A DNA stretch of 64,000 nucleotides, from the IMG/VR virus record IMGVR_UViG_3300045974_000041, positions 971 to 64,970 of that record; one strand, 5' to 3'. The notes beneath the pieces are model-generated. The model was not told the DNA's origin, made no database searches, and saw only the letters and a program-made list of their open reading frames with translations. The stretch comes from a virus (Duplodnaviria; Caudoviricetes). A program made the translations under genes and the position numbers. Positions 1-9,098 of this stretch are shown one piece after another (position 1 is the stretch's first letter; every line of letters begins with the position of its first letter).

Positions 1-1
1 G

Positions 2-184
2 TTACAACTTAGTGATGCGTCTTTGCACATCCTTGACATACCATTCCACTGTAGTTTTATGTCCTGCCCATTCAGGATAGTTGTAGATGTCTGTAATAGG
101 GGGTTCAACACTATCAAGAAGCCTATCAACCACCCCATAACACTTTAGCAAAAACACTAGCCAGAGATTTTTAATCCATTTCAT
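2..184 (-). CDS. hypothetical protein
   Basis: ORF; likely start MKWIK after AGGAG, overlapping the upstream stop. Confidence 0.55.
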   Translation of the reverse strand: MKWIKNLWLVFLLKCYGVVDRLLDSVEPPITDIYNYPEWAGHKTTVEWYVKDVQRRITKL

Positions 185-1175
185 ATTTAGCTCCTTTCTT
201 GTGCAAAGGTATAAGGCTCTTATCACAAGCTTGCCACTTATCATAGAAGTTCCCTTTTTGGTAGTACAAGCCTAGAACAGAGTAGTAATGTTTGTAAGCC
301 CATTCTCTCCACCAACCTGATGAGATGCTAGTGCAAACTTTCTCCAAGGCTTTAAGGAAAGCTTTATCAGGATTAGTATTGTGAGGGATAACACTACGCT
401 CTAACGCTAGCACAGCAGCCTCTTCATACACTGTAGCAAACTTGTCATTACGTGACATAGCTTCCCACTTCTCTCTATCACACATAACAGCTGCTGACAA
501 CATCTTTGTATAGGCTGGCACATCCCCTAGTTTTACAATCTCATGCAAACTATCATGGCTATAAATGTAATTCACATTATCTGTGAAGAAGTCTTCTTTC
601 TTTTTATTAAGGCTGTATTTACGTTGCTTCGTGTAGCTTATAAGCTCTTCACGTTCTTTCTGCAAACGTAGTAGCTCTCCTGTAATACTTTTTTCTTTGC
701 AATTATGAAAACGCTCCATCCACATAATGTCATTCATAGTTTTCAGAAAGTGTGGAGAATTAGATTTATATTTGTGCGACTGCTTTAACATATATAGTGT
801 CACTACATTAGCTGCCACTTGCTTGCAATTCCACTCATTACCTTCTAATATTAGATTACCAGTGGTACAGATGTATTCATGCAAAGCTTCAATATGGTTA
901 TTAAGCGGCTCATCCAATCCTTCGTAAAAGATTTCAAACTCGATTGCACATCTAGCCTTAGTCGGTTTGATAATGGCTTTATGCTTATTAACCCACTCCA
1001 CCCTTTTAGCTAGGATTGTTGGGCTACTATTTACATACTTCTTGAATGTGTCATAAGAGCAAACAAAATCTAGGTCAGTGTATGTATCCCTATAATTGTA
1101 GAAAAACAAAGGATAACTACCAATAATAGCCAGTACATCTTTTGTACTATAATTCTTTAACATTCCATTTTCCAC
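171..1175 (-). CDS. conserved phage protein with N-terminal nucleotidyltransferase-like motif
   Basis: IIGS...DLDF (Pol beta-type GS..DxD) plus C-terminal HDSLHE / EEAAVLALER / TSISSGWWREW blocks typical of a lytic-phage family. Confidence 0.55.
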   Translation of the reverse strand: MENGMLKNYSTKDVLAIIGSYPLFFYNYRDTYTDLDFVCSYDTFKKYVNSSPTILAKRVEWVNKHKAIIKPTKARCAIEFEIFYEGLDEPLNNHIEALHEYICTTGNLILEGNEWNCKQVAANVVTLYMLKQSHKYKSNSPHFLKTMNDIMWMERFHNCKEKSITGELLRLQKEREELISYTKQRKYSLNKKKEDFFTDNVNYIYSHDSLHEIVKLGDVPAYTKMLSAAVMCDREKWEAMSRNDKFATVYEEAAVLALERSVIPHNTNPDKAFLKALEKVCTSISSGWWREWAYKHYYSVLGLYYQKGNFYDKWQACDKSLIPLHKKGAKYEMD

Positions 1176-1437
1176 GTTTATTTCCTTCTACCCAAGTATT
1201 ATCTTTTGCATAATACTCAAGTGCTGGCATGTTGTCAAATAGTTTTAAAATAAGTTGGCACTCAGGATAAGTGTCTATAATTTCCTGACACTCTAGTAGC
1301 TTTTTGTGTATTAGTTTAATACGTCTATTTACACCAAGCTGTGCTTGTCTATCAGTTTTTGTAGGTATGAGTCTACCAAGCCTATCACGAGAAGGGGCAG
1401 GTTTTAATCTGCCCTTCATATTAGCTTTTGTCAGCAT
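1147..1437 (-). CDS. hypothetical protein
   Basis: 96-aa ORF in a packed operon. Confidence 0.55.
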   Translation of the reverse strand: MLTKANMKGRLKPAPSRDRLGRLIPTKTDRQAQLGVNRRIKLIHKKLLECQEIIDTYPECQLILKLFDNMPALEYYAKDNTWVEGNKRGKWNVKEL

Positions 1438-1443
1438 TTTACA

Positions 1444-1689
1444 TTAGCAACCACTATCATCCCACTCCTCACCACTGTCACTACACCCGCTGTCATTCCA
1501 TTCTTCCTCACCAGAGCTTTCCCAATCTTCTTCTTCAGAGTCATCACGAGCGCCTACAGCAGCCAATAGGAGAGCTTCCAAGCCAATCATCTCCAGATTG
1601 GAGGGGTCTTCAAGGTATAGCTCATGCACTTCCTTAACAAGCTGTGTAGCTTGTGCAATCTTATCATTAATAACACTTTGTGTAGACAT
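1444..1689 (-). CDS. hypothetical protein, very acidic C-terminus
   Basis: AGGAG RBS; repeated EEEW-x-(S/D)SG units. Confidence 0.65.
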   Translation of the reverse strand: MSTQSVINDKIAQATQLVKEVHELYLEDPSNLEMIGLEALLLAAVGARDDSEEEDWESSGEEEWNDSGCSDSGEEWDDSGC

Positions 1690-1698
1690 AACATTCTC

Positions 1699-1992
1699 CT
1701 AGTTAAAAATCTTCTTAATCTTGACAGCAATCTCTGCCACTTTACTTTTCCCTTGCACACTCCAATCAAGATAGAGTTCCCAGCCATCTACACTGTCCCT
1801 ATGTGTTACCACCCTGTAGCCTTTGCTATTAAAGTGTTCTACAATGCTTTGCACATATTCTCCATTAGTTTGTTCAATAGTAAATATAGCTTGCTCTTCT
1901 CCCTTACTATCTGCAAGGTCAATAGCATAGTAGATTTCTTCCAGCCCTTTTGATAGTTGCACATCCATAATGAGCTTGTCAAGATTTGCCAT
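1699..1992 (-). CDS. hypothetical protein
   Basis: 97-aa ORF in operon. Confidence 0.6.
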   Translation of the reverse strand: MANLDKLIMDVQLSKGLEEIYYAIDLADSKGEEQAIFTIEQTNGEYVQSIVEHFNSKGYRVVTHRDSVDGWELYLDWSVQGKSKVAEIAVKIKKIFN

Positions 1993-2275
1993 GCGAGAGT
2001 TTCTCCAAAAGTGTAAGACGTTGTTGAGCTACAGTCGCATTGTGAGCTAAAGTGGTTGTTAAGTCAAGCTGATGTGACAAATCTTTTATCTTGCTAGTGT
2101 AGTATTCTTCTTTCAGCTTTTCCAGCTTGCTGTCACGCACTCCTAGCCAGTAGAGAGCCTTGCGAATAAAGTTTCTATTACGTTCATAGTAGAAAATAAT
2201 ATTAGCTGTTACAAGCTCTTCAGTCTTCACTGTCATACTTAACACCTTCATCTGAGTATTCACCACTGCCACCAA
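1979..2275 (-). CDS. hypothetical protein (true start probably later)
   Basis: ORF overlapping both neighbours. Confidence 0.5.
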   Translation of the reverse strand: MVAVVNTQMKVLSMTVKTEELVTANIIFYYERNRNFIRKALYWLGVRDSKLEKLKEEYYTSKIKDLSHQLDLTTTLAHNATVAQQRLTLLEKLSHGKS

Positions 2276-2585
2276 TCAAGCTACGTGCTAGTTGCTTATC
2301 CTCTTCTGACATATCTTTCATATCACGTAGCACAGCCAACATAGCCTTGTCAGCAGCCCTTTGTTTAGCAGCCTTAGCAGCCATACGCTTGAGCATCTTA
2401 CGACGCCTTACAATACCTCTAGCCTTGATAATTCTTTCCACCATTCTACTATTACCTGTGTCACAATAGTAGGCCAGTTGCGCACTAATACGGGATGTAG
2501 GTGATTTCTCTACATGGTCTGCAAGTTCTTGCAATGTACAGGTTTGATAGTTGAGTTGGTTGGTCTTTTTAACATATTTACGCAT
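2220..2585 (-). CDS. hypothetical basic protein
   Basis: GGAG RBS before ATG at 2585, downstream of a promoter. Confidence 0.65.
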   Translation of the reverse strand: MRKYVKKTNQLNYQTCTLQELADHVEKSPTSRISAQLAYYCDTGNSRMVERIIKARGIVRRRKMLKRMAAKAAKQRAADKAMLAVLRDMKDMSEEDKQLARSLIGGSGEYSDEGVKYDSED

Positions 2586-2616
2586 TGTTATTATTCTCCA
2601 TAATGTAAAGAATACA

Positions 2617-2645
2617 ATATTAGCAGAAGTTTGCAAAAATGTCAA
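2617..2645 (-). promoter_or_regulatory. sigma70-type promoter
   Basis: TTGACA-17-TAATAT with extended -10 TG. Confidence 0.7.
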
Positions 2646-2761
2646 TAGATTTGCACCAATGCTACGCCTTCGGCTTAAAAGCATGCACTCGATTAATCAC
2701 ATAAGTAACGTAACAATGCAAAATAAATATTAAGGATTTCCCTAATATTGGTATCAAAAGC

Positions 2762-2790
2762 TTGACAAAGTGAAAATCTCATGATAAACT
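2762..2790 (+). promoter_or_regulatory. sigma70-type promoter facing into the non-coding repeat region
   Basis: TTGACA-17-TAAACT with extended -10 TG. Confidence 0.65.
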
Positions 2791-2832
2791 GCGTCCTATG
2801 TGCCAGAGAGGTTACAGTGTATATTATACTCT

Positions 2833-3320
2833 CTTATACTACTTATAGTATCTAGTAGTATCTAGTAGTATCTAGTAGAGGTAATACTACTTATAGGCTA
2901 CTGTAGGATGTAGTATGATACTACAAGGTCTATTAGCTACTGGTAGTATCTTACAAGACCTTGTAAGCTCTTGTAAGTAGTAATAGGCTACTCATACTAC
3001 TTGTAACTCTGATAAAGTAATATTAACTACTTATAGGCTCTCTAAGGAGTAATAGTCTACTAGAGTTTATTAGAACCTAGTAAGCCTTTTAGTACCTAGT
3101 AATGTATCTTACTACTCTCCTAATAGACGTTAGTAGGCTTACTGATACTTAAAAGAAATTGGTTAATTACAAGATATAAGTATTAATTATCTAGTAGAGC
3201 TTACTAGGTCTACTAGGTTGTAACAATGTTCTTGTAATGCTAGTAACAGGGATTGTTAGTGATTAGTAGACAGTTAGTAAGCCTACTACTAACTCCATAA
3301 GCCTAGTAAGCTCCTGTAAA
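2833..3320. repeat. ~10-bp-phased array of degenerate YTANTAR palindromes (includes TAGTATCTAG x3)
   Basis: heptamers such as CTAGTAG/CTTATAG/CTTGTAA/CTATTAG start at 2842, 2852, 2862, 2872, 2881, 2890, 2910, 2921, 2930, 2940, 2951, 2960, 2970, 2980, 2991, 3000 and onward. Confidence 0.75.
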
Positions 3321-3968
3321 CTGTCATAGGGGGAGAGGATGATCGTAGCCTAACAGTAGCAGAGAGATTCCTCTCCTTTACAGGAATACTTACTAACTAG
3401 GTTTATTGCAAGTTAGTGATAAGGTGTTCCACCAATTATCGCTGTTCTCCATAATAACCCTGCTAGAGCTGGAAATAAGGTGATAGGTTAGTAATATGTC
3501 GCATTCGCTCCTGTAGGTTTGTTTTTAAAGTCAAAAGCCGAGAAGGTAATAGTGGTGGTAGGATATTGCCAGTTGTTACAAGAGTTGGCACAACCTACCA
3601 AGGCTAAAGAGAGGTTAGCACCAACCATACACGTTAGGATAGTGCAGAAAAGAGCGATAGCGACTCTTGTACTGCCTTGCTACTGTGTCTACATGACGTA
3701 GAAAGTGGCATAGAAGGCTTTGAAAGCTACTTGGAGCTACGAGTTTACCTTTCAAGCTTTCTATCGCCTTCTAGGGGTGTTTATGAGGGATTGAGCAATA
3801 TCAGATTTTTGTGTTCGTGCAAAGATGTGGCAATATCCTGCCAGTCGCCTAATCGCTCTGGCTCGGTTTGGCCGCGCTCATTAGGCTCTATGGCAAATTG
3901 CCAGTGGTGGGATGTTCGTACTAGAACATTCGGATACGTGCAAAGCTTTCCGATCTCCTAGTAAGCCA

Positions 3969-4007
3969 TTTTAAGGCGTTTTAAGGCGTTTTAAGGAGTT
4001 TTAAGCC
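3969..4007. repeat. tandem 10-mer TTTTAAGGCG (about 4 copies, degenerate)
   Basis: ttttaaggcg ttttaaggcg ttttaaggag ttttaagcc. Confidence 0.85.
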
Positions 4008-4088
4008 TTCCAAGCTACCCTTGCCTATCTACCACTGTTATAAAGCCCTGTAGGGTTGTTTCTGTGTCATCTAGCTATGTGTTTGTGC

Positions 4089-4143
4089 AAAAAGAAAAGC
4101 CCTGCAATCCGTGTTAGGGATATACAGGGCTGTACAGGGCTTT
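4089..4143 (-). terminator. rho-independent terminator
   Basis: AGCCCTG...CAGGGCT stem; A-run on the + strand gives the U-tract on the - strand. Confidence 0.6.
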
Positions 4144-4158
4144 GTAACGTCGATGTAG

Positions 4159-4716
4159 CTACAATACACTTGTAATGGCAGCAATTTCAACTTCCTTTAG
4201 CCACTCTATGAGTTGTTCGTGTCTTTCTTGCCATCCTGTGTCTGGTCGAATTTTAGCAAGACGGGAGAATTTGCTATCGTTCGAGGATAGGATGTGCTTT
4301 CCAACACTATCCCACCAGTGTAAAAGGTTTTTGGAGTAGTTTTGCATTGCCAAGCTTTCCCATTCGTGCAAAATAATATTGGGATGCAAAATAATATGTT
4401 TACCACCCTTTAAGTATATTGATGCAAAATCAAAGTTTTCATATAATTCATAATACTCCCAAAGTTGTTCCACAACCTTCTTACGTAATTCCCATACTGG
4501 TACATTAATTCCATGCTTACTTTTAACTAATAAAAGGTTATGACGGAGCAATTTAACAAAATCACTCTTTGTAATCCTGTATAATCCACTAATGTTGTTG
4601 TAATTTTCAAGCATATTCTGTCCTATAAAACTTTGTACTAATTCGTAAAGAACACTTTTACCGTATCTAGGATAACCTAGAAAATTTACATTTGGTTCCA
4701 TTTTAACAAAACTCAT
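4159..4716 (-). CDS. hypothetical protein next to the non-coding repeat region
   Basis: 185-aa AT-rich ORF. Confidence 0.65.
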   Translation of the reverse strand: MSFVKMEPNVNFLGYPRYGKSVLYELVQSFIGQNMLENYNNISGLYRITKSDFVKLLRHNLLLVKSKHGINVPVWELRKKVVEQLWEYYELYENFDFASIYLKGGKHIILHPNIILHEWESLAMQNYSKNLLHWWDSVGKHILSSNDSKFSRLAKIRPDTGWQERHEQLIEWLKEVEIAAITSVL

Positions 4717-4906
4717 CTAAATCGTATATCATCCATTTTAATGGTGAAAGCCCTAGCTTATTACGCTCCACTTGTATCAATCCCCACTCCATTGTTTGTT
4801 CTTCTACCCATTTGTCACGAGCTTCCACGCTTTCAAAATCTTGTAGCACTGATTCGTAATTTCCATACTCATTTTCACGTAGCACTACAGTAATAATGTT
4901 TTGCAT
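4703..4906 (-). CDS. hypothetical protein
   Basis: AGGAG RBS before ATG at 4906. Confidence 0.6.
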   Translation of the reverse strand: MQNIITVVLRENEYGNYESVLQDFESVEARDKWVEEQTMEWGLIQVERNKLGLSPLKWMIYDLDEFC

Positions 4907-4938
4907 ACATTCTCCTAAGTTAGTATTGCTGAGTACAA

Positions 4939-4975
4939 ATAGTAAAGCCCCTGACAATCTCTTGTCAAGGGCTAT
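4939..4975 (-). promoter_or_regulatory. hairpin with embedded promoter (copy 1 of a repeated element)
   Basis: AGCCC(C)TGACAA..TTGTCAAGGGCT inverted repeat; TTGACA-18-TACTAT on the - strand. Confidence 0.55.
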
Positions 4976-4982
4976 TTGCAAA

Positions 4983-5576
4983 TTATTCCATATCTTCTTG
5001 TAAGGCTTTGATGGCTTCCAAGCGTTTAGTAAAACGTTCTGTCAATTCTTCACTATCCATCCACATTGTACGTCCATTTAACACTTCAGTGATTTCACTT
5101 TCTGTCAAGAAGTATTTGTAGTGGTGGTTGATAAGCTTTTCTGACAACTTTTGCACATGTTCCACTTGGGCTAACACGTTATGACCAGCTCCGTAGCTTC
5201 CGTATGTTACGTTATGTACCATGAAGCTTACAAACTCGTCAAAACTAACACTATCAGCTTCCAGTGCTACGAAGGTTGCAGCGCTGCAAACACTGCCCAC
5301 AAGCTCTGCATGGATGTTGCACTCTGCATGTCTCATAGACAGTAGTAATGGTGCTACAGCGTCCAAACTACCACCAGCGCTGTTAATCCGTAGCACAATA
5401 ACATCAGCTTCCGAGGCATTATCAAGGCAATTAATGACACTGTAGAATTGGCTAGAGTGTTCAAATGTGTCATCTAGTTCAAATGTATATACACCACCTT
5501 CATTTGGTTTGAATGTACCTTTAAATGGCTCAAGCTTTCCTTCCATTGTTTCATTTTCTTCGTTGTATTTAGCCAT
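4983..5576 (-). CDS. ClpP-like protease
   Basis: LRINSAGGS, VCSAA (catalytic Ser), FMVH. Confidence 0.85.
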   Translation of the reverse strand: MAKYNEENETMEGKLEPFKGTFKPNEGGVYTFELDDTFEHSSQFYSVINCLDNASEADVIVLRINSAGGSLDAVAPLLLSMRHAECNIHAELVGSVCSAATFVALEADSVSFDEFVSFMVHNVTYGSYGAGHNVLAQVEHVQKLSEKLINHHYKYFLTESEITEVLNGRTMWMDSEELTERFTKRLEAIKALQEDME

Positions 5577-6389
5577 TTATTTTCCTTCGTTGTAGTAAAT
5601 TTTAACAAATGCTCGTGTCAAGCCAGATCGTACACAGTCTTCAGGCTCAAATGTTACAACAGCTATGCCATCGCTAAGGTGATCTAAATCTTCATCACTA
5701 AGGTAGTTAGGTTGTTGTTCAATAACATTTTGCAGAAGATTGATAGTTGATGACAATCCACTTACACCCTTCAAATCATGCTGTCTTTCATCACCTGTAA
5801 AAATAAATTGGCAATTCTTACCGAGTCGTGATAACACCATTTCAAATTCTTCGGCAGTGAAGTTTTGAGTTTCTTCAAATATCACTACACAGTTTTCAAA
5901 ACTCATACCACGTAAATACTCCACAGCAAACATTTCAATCTGTTTCTTCTCTAGTAAATATTTAGTAAACCCGCCACCTAAAAAGTGTGTCAAGTGAGCT
6001 ATAGTTTGTGCAAAATACGGTGCTAGCTTTTCTTCAAGAGTGCCTTTCAACAGTCCTACAGTTTTACCAGCTGCTACAGCAGGTCTTACTAGGTATATCT
6101 TCTCAATTTGTCTGCTATTCATCAAACAAGCTGCATGATAGGTTGCTAACATACTCTTACCAGTGCCTGCGGAGCCTCGTAGCACCACTACAGGACGGCG
6201 TTCTCGTAGGTAGGCTAGGGCAGTACGTTGACGCTGGTTAGCAGGCTCCAAACGAGGTGTATGAGGTCGCTCATAAGGGGTTGCACTATCATTAGCAGCT
6301 GGCTCAATATTGGTGCTACGTCTATTAGCTCTTCTAACAGCTCTATCTTGCTTCGTAGGGGCTTGGGCTTTTCTTTGTGGACGTGACAT
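5577..6389 (-). CDS. phoH: PhoH-family ATPase
   Basis: GSAGTGKS, VRPAV, G.LEEKLAPY, YLRGMSF, EETQN, SRLG, TGD.RQHD, VRSG. Confidence 0.93.
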   Translation of the reverse strand: MSRPQRKAQAPTKQDRAVRRANRRSTNIEPAANDSATPYERPHTPRLEPANQRQRTALAYLRERRPVVVLRGSAGTGKSMLATYHAACLMNSRQIEKIYLVRPAVAAGKTVGLLKGTLEEKLAPYFAQTIAHLTHFLGGGFTKYLLEKKQIEMFAVEYLRGMSFENCVVIFEETQNFTAEEFEMVLSRLGKNCQFIFTGDERQHDLKGVSGLSSTINLLQNVIEQQPNYLSDEDLDHLSDGIAVVTFEPEDCVRSGLTRAFVKIYYNEGK

Positions 6390-6408
6390 TTGTACTCCTG
6401 TTATGTGG

Positions 6409-6442
6409 TAAAGCCCCTGACAATTTCTTGCCAAGGGCTTTT
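6409..6442 (-). promoter_or_regulatory. hairpin element (copy 2)
   Basis: near-identical to 4943-4975. Confidence 0.55.
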
Positions 6443-6445
6443 AGG

Positions 6446-6886
6446 CTAGAGAGGTTTCAAAGGTAGAGGGAAGTAGCCAATACAGTCTTCATCACGCCAG
6501 TTGCCAATTAAGGCTTTGCCGTATTTAGTATAGATTAGCATTGTTCCTTTTGGTGCAGGTTTATCAGGAGTGGGTTTAATAAATCTGTGTTCTAGGCTTA
6601 TCCAACGCTCCCCATCCTTTGACAATTTACCTGATGGTTGTTCATTGTCAACTATTAAATCTTGCTCAACACTAATGTTAAAATGGTTGTTAGAATAATC
6701 TGTTTCAGGCTTAGTTTCTACCTCTTTGTTTTTATTACCAAATATTCTGTCCCACCCATCTTTATAAGCATTTGATGTTGTAGGGGATGTACTAATTGAA
6801 GCACCTGTGATTTCATTTCTAGCTCCACCAAAACCAGAAGTTTTACGAGAAGTCTCGAATTGGTTTTCTAAAAATGTTCTAGCCAT
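6446..6886 (-). CDS. hypothetical protein
   Basis: 146-aa ORF; ARNEITG...YKDGWDRIF motif common in phages. Confidence 0.7.
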   Translation of the reverse strand: MARTFLENQFETSRKTSGFGGARNEITGASISTSPTTSNAYKDGWDRIFGNKNKEVETKPETDYSNNHFNISVEQDLIVDNEQPSGKLSKDGERWISLEHRFIKPTPDKPAPKGTMLIYTKYGKALIGNWRDEDCIGYFPLPLKPL

Positions 6887-7082
6887 TTACAGATTCCTTT
6901 GGAGGGCGTCCTACTGGTTTCTTAGTTTCTTCCTCTTTCTCAATAGTGCAAGTAAAGCCGCCGCCAATTGTCATCATTGGAAGACCGTGAATATCTTCCG
7001 TGATACGCCAACCTTCCAGTACAAGCTGTTGTAGCTCCATACTGTAGTTGTAGATATTAGTTGCAAAGATTTGTCTCTTCAT
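6879..7082 (-). CDS. hypothetical protein with AT-hook-like GRPPK tail
   Basis: ORF; likely start MKRQ after AGGAG. Confidence 0.6.
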   Translation of the reverse strand: MKRQIFATNIYNYSMELQQLVLEGWRITEDIHGLPMMTIGGGFTCTIEKEEETKKPVGRPPKESVNG

Positions 7083-7330
7083 ACAGAAAGCTCCTGTGTT
7101 GTTGCAGCGTACAAACATTCTTCCATCCATGTAGAAAGTTGCACTGTAATATACTTAGTGTCTTCAATACCTAAAACATCTCGTAAAAAGTTTTCAATTG
7201 TCATTGTTTTAAAAATCTGTTTGTAGTGGAAATAGTTAGTAGACCATTCTACAAAATCAGTTGAAATACTGAAAGCACAGTTCTTTAAATCTTCATTCAC
7301 TGTCATGTGTATGTTCATAATCATCCTCAT
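7079..7330 (-). CDS. hypothetical protein
   Basis: ORF in operon. Confidence 0.5.
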   Translation of the reverse strand: MRMIMNIHMTVNEDLKNCAFSISTDFVEWSTNYFHYKQIFKTMTIENFLRDVLGIEDTKYITVQLSTWMEECLYAATTQELSV

Positions 7331-7422
7331 ATTTATCGTCGTCAGAATAGTTTGCTACAAAATCATCAACATCAATATAGTCTGTACTATCGTCTGCTAG
7401 ATTCCAACTATCAATTGTATTA

Positions 7423-7842
7423 CTACTCAATTTTATGTCTCCTTTTATGGGTTGCCATGTCTCTTTCAAACATTTCAACCCATTTTATTTTAAATAGATT
7501 CCTAGCCAATTCTTCAACACTTGGTTGCAAAAGGTCTAGTTCACGACTGTTAAAGAGTTTTGCACTACCTCTATCCCTATACAGTTTGTAGCCACCTCTA
7601 TCTTTTTTATGTTTGAAATAAAATCTAAGTCCACTTTCTTCGTGTGATACAGACCAGAAAGCTATCTCAGAATTTTCATTCCACCAAGCTTTCCAGCCCT
7701 CAAAGTCTGACATACTTAGTATGATTAAGTCTATAGCATCTTCCACAACATCTACAAACTTCTCTTCTTTTTTGTAGACAAGTGTAGGAGGTGCTAGCTC
7801 TAAAGGAGAACCTTTTAAGGTGTTATTCCCAATCTTCGTCAT
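7423..7842 (-). CDS. hypothetical protein
   Basis: 139-aa ORF in operon. Confidence 0.6.
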   Translation of the reverse strand: MTKIGNNTLKGSPLELAPPTLVYKKEEKFVDVVEDAIDLIILSMSDFEGWKAWWNENSEIAFWSVSHEESGLRFYFKHKKDRGGYKLYRDRGSAKLFNSRELDLLQPSVEELARNLFKIKWVEMFERDMATHKRRHKIE

Positions 7843-7984
7843 ACAGGGCTTCCTTGCGCTCTTTCATCTTTTTATCTTTTTCAAGATGTTTACGGCGCTC
7901 ATCTGAGTGTGTCTTATGTCCAAGCTCAACTAGATGTTGATTAAGGGCTTGGCGACGAGGAACAGCTGTGGTTGTTTCTTTCAT
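7823..7984 (-). CDS. small basic hypothetical protein
   Basis: likely start MKETT downstream of the promoter at 8021-8049. Confidence 0.55.
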   Translation of the reverse strand: MKETTTAVPRRQALNQHLVELGHKTHSDERRKHLEKDKKMKERKEALYDEDWE

Positions 7985-8020
7985 TTCTAATCCTATGTGG
8001 ACAGTTGTTAAGGAGATTTG

Positions 8021-8049
8021 ATGATAGGACAATATCAATCGTATGTCAA
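8021..8049 (-). promoter_or_regulatory. sigma70-type promoter (leftward arm)
   Basis: TTGACA-17-TATCAT. Confidence 0.75.
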
Positions 8050-8057
8050 CACATTGT

Positions 8058-8085
8058 TTGACAAACGGGAGATGTGTATTAGTAT
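8058..8085 (+). promoter_or_regulatory. divergent sigma70-type promoter (rightward arm)
   Basis: TTGACA-16-TAGTAT. Confidence 0.5.
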
Positions 8086-8106
8086 AAGAGCTTCTAGGAG
8101 GGTATT

Positions 8107-8577
8107 ATGACACAAGCTATTGATAGTATAGAAGATATTTATGACGAGAATGAGCCAGAAAGTAGTGGCGGGGAGATGAAACCTGCTACTGAATTGAGCT
8201 TTATTCGCACAGAACAACATGACTTAGCATTTCTATATAAAGGGTTGAAGGCTAACAGCCAAAAAGCTATTCGCAGATTGGTGTTAGGTATGGAAAGCGA
8301 GAATGAGAGGTTAGCAATTGATTGTGCTAAGACTCTACTGTCTTTCCAAATGGAAGTTAGTAAAGAAATCAATGCAGATATTATGCAACGAATGATACAG
8401 GAAGTAAAGAACAAAGGTGCTAATCGGGTAATGAAGGACATTATGGATTATGACTACGAGGATGAAAGCTTAACACCTGAAGAAGTTGAGCAGGTTGAAA
8501 AGAAGAAAGCTAAAAGAGTTAGGTCTAATGCTCCCATTATTAATTTCTCAAAAGTAGGAAAGGTGGAAGCATTATGA
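8107..8577 (+). CDS. putative terminase small subunit
   Basis: first gene of the packaging arm, helical, size fits; positional inference. Confidence 0.5.
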   Translation: MTQAIDSIEDIYDENEPESSGGEMKPATELSFIRTEQHDLAFLYKGLKANSQKAIRRLVLGMESENERLAIDCAKTLLSFQMEVSKEINADIMQRMIQEVKNKGANRVMKDIMDYDYEDESLTPEEVEQVEKKKAKRVRSNAPIINFSKVGKVEAL

Positions 8578-9098
8578 TGTATATAGTATGGTTTTTCAAG
8601 GCTTTAATAGACCTATCATTAGTGGTTATTAATCTTCCATTGGCACCATTGGTTGCTACCCTATCTGATAAAGATGGCAATCTTCCTAAGTGGCTAAAAT
8701 GGATGCAAACCAATGATAACACATTATTTGGCGATGATGGTTGGAAGAACTATCATTTTATAAATGGTAGCAATACATCTTGGTGGGCGCGTACTAATTG
8801 GATGTGGAGAAATCCTATGGGGAGTTTCGCATACGATGTTATGGGCGTTATTCCAGAAGGGTGGCTCACTGTAGTAGGTAATGACAAGGTTGGTAATAGA
8901 CCTCTGGTAGAAGGTAGTTGCTTTGCTAAGTGTGCTAACGCTTGGATGGTCTATTATGTTAAAAAGGTGAGTGATACAAAATGTATCCGAATCTACCTTG
9001 GATATAAACTTATGACCAATATCCATGAACATACAAATGAACGTGCAATGCTGGTATATTCCGTTAATCCTTTTATGGGTTGGAGTGATAAGGCTTGA
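8574..9098 (+). CDS. conserved phage hypothetical protein (N-terminal hydrophobic segment)
   Basis: LPKWLKW.QT.DN.L.GD..W and WRNP motifs. Confidence 0.7.
   Translation: MMYIVWFFKALIDLSLVVINLPLAPLVATLSDKDGNLPKWLKWMQTNDNTLFGDDGWKNYHFINGSNTSWWARTNWMWRNPMGSFAYDVMGVIPEGWLTVVGNDKVGNRPLVEGSCFAKCANAWMVYYVKKVSDTKCIRIYLGYKLMTNIHEHTNERAMLVYSVNPFMGWSDKA

Noticed and set aside
2846-2878. Tandem 10-mers (also 3969-4007) as a CRISPR array
   Set aside because: The units are too short, have no spacers, and no cas genes are present.
2797-3330. TAG-rich region as a gene in an amber-recoded genetic code
   Set aside because: TAA stops are also frequent here. Genes elsewhere are intact in the standard code and several end in TAG.
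3519-3961. ORFs 3519-3701 and 3677-3961
   Set aside because: Non-ATG starts, no clear RBS, no recognisable motifs, inside a repeat-rich island.
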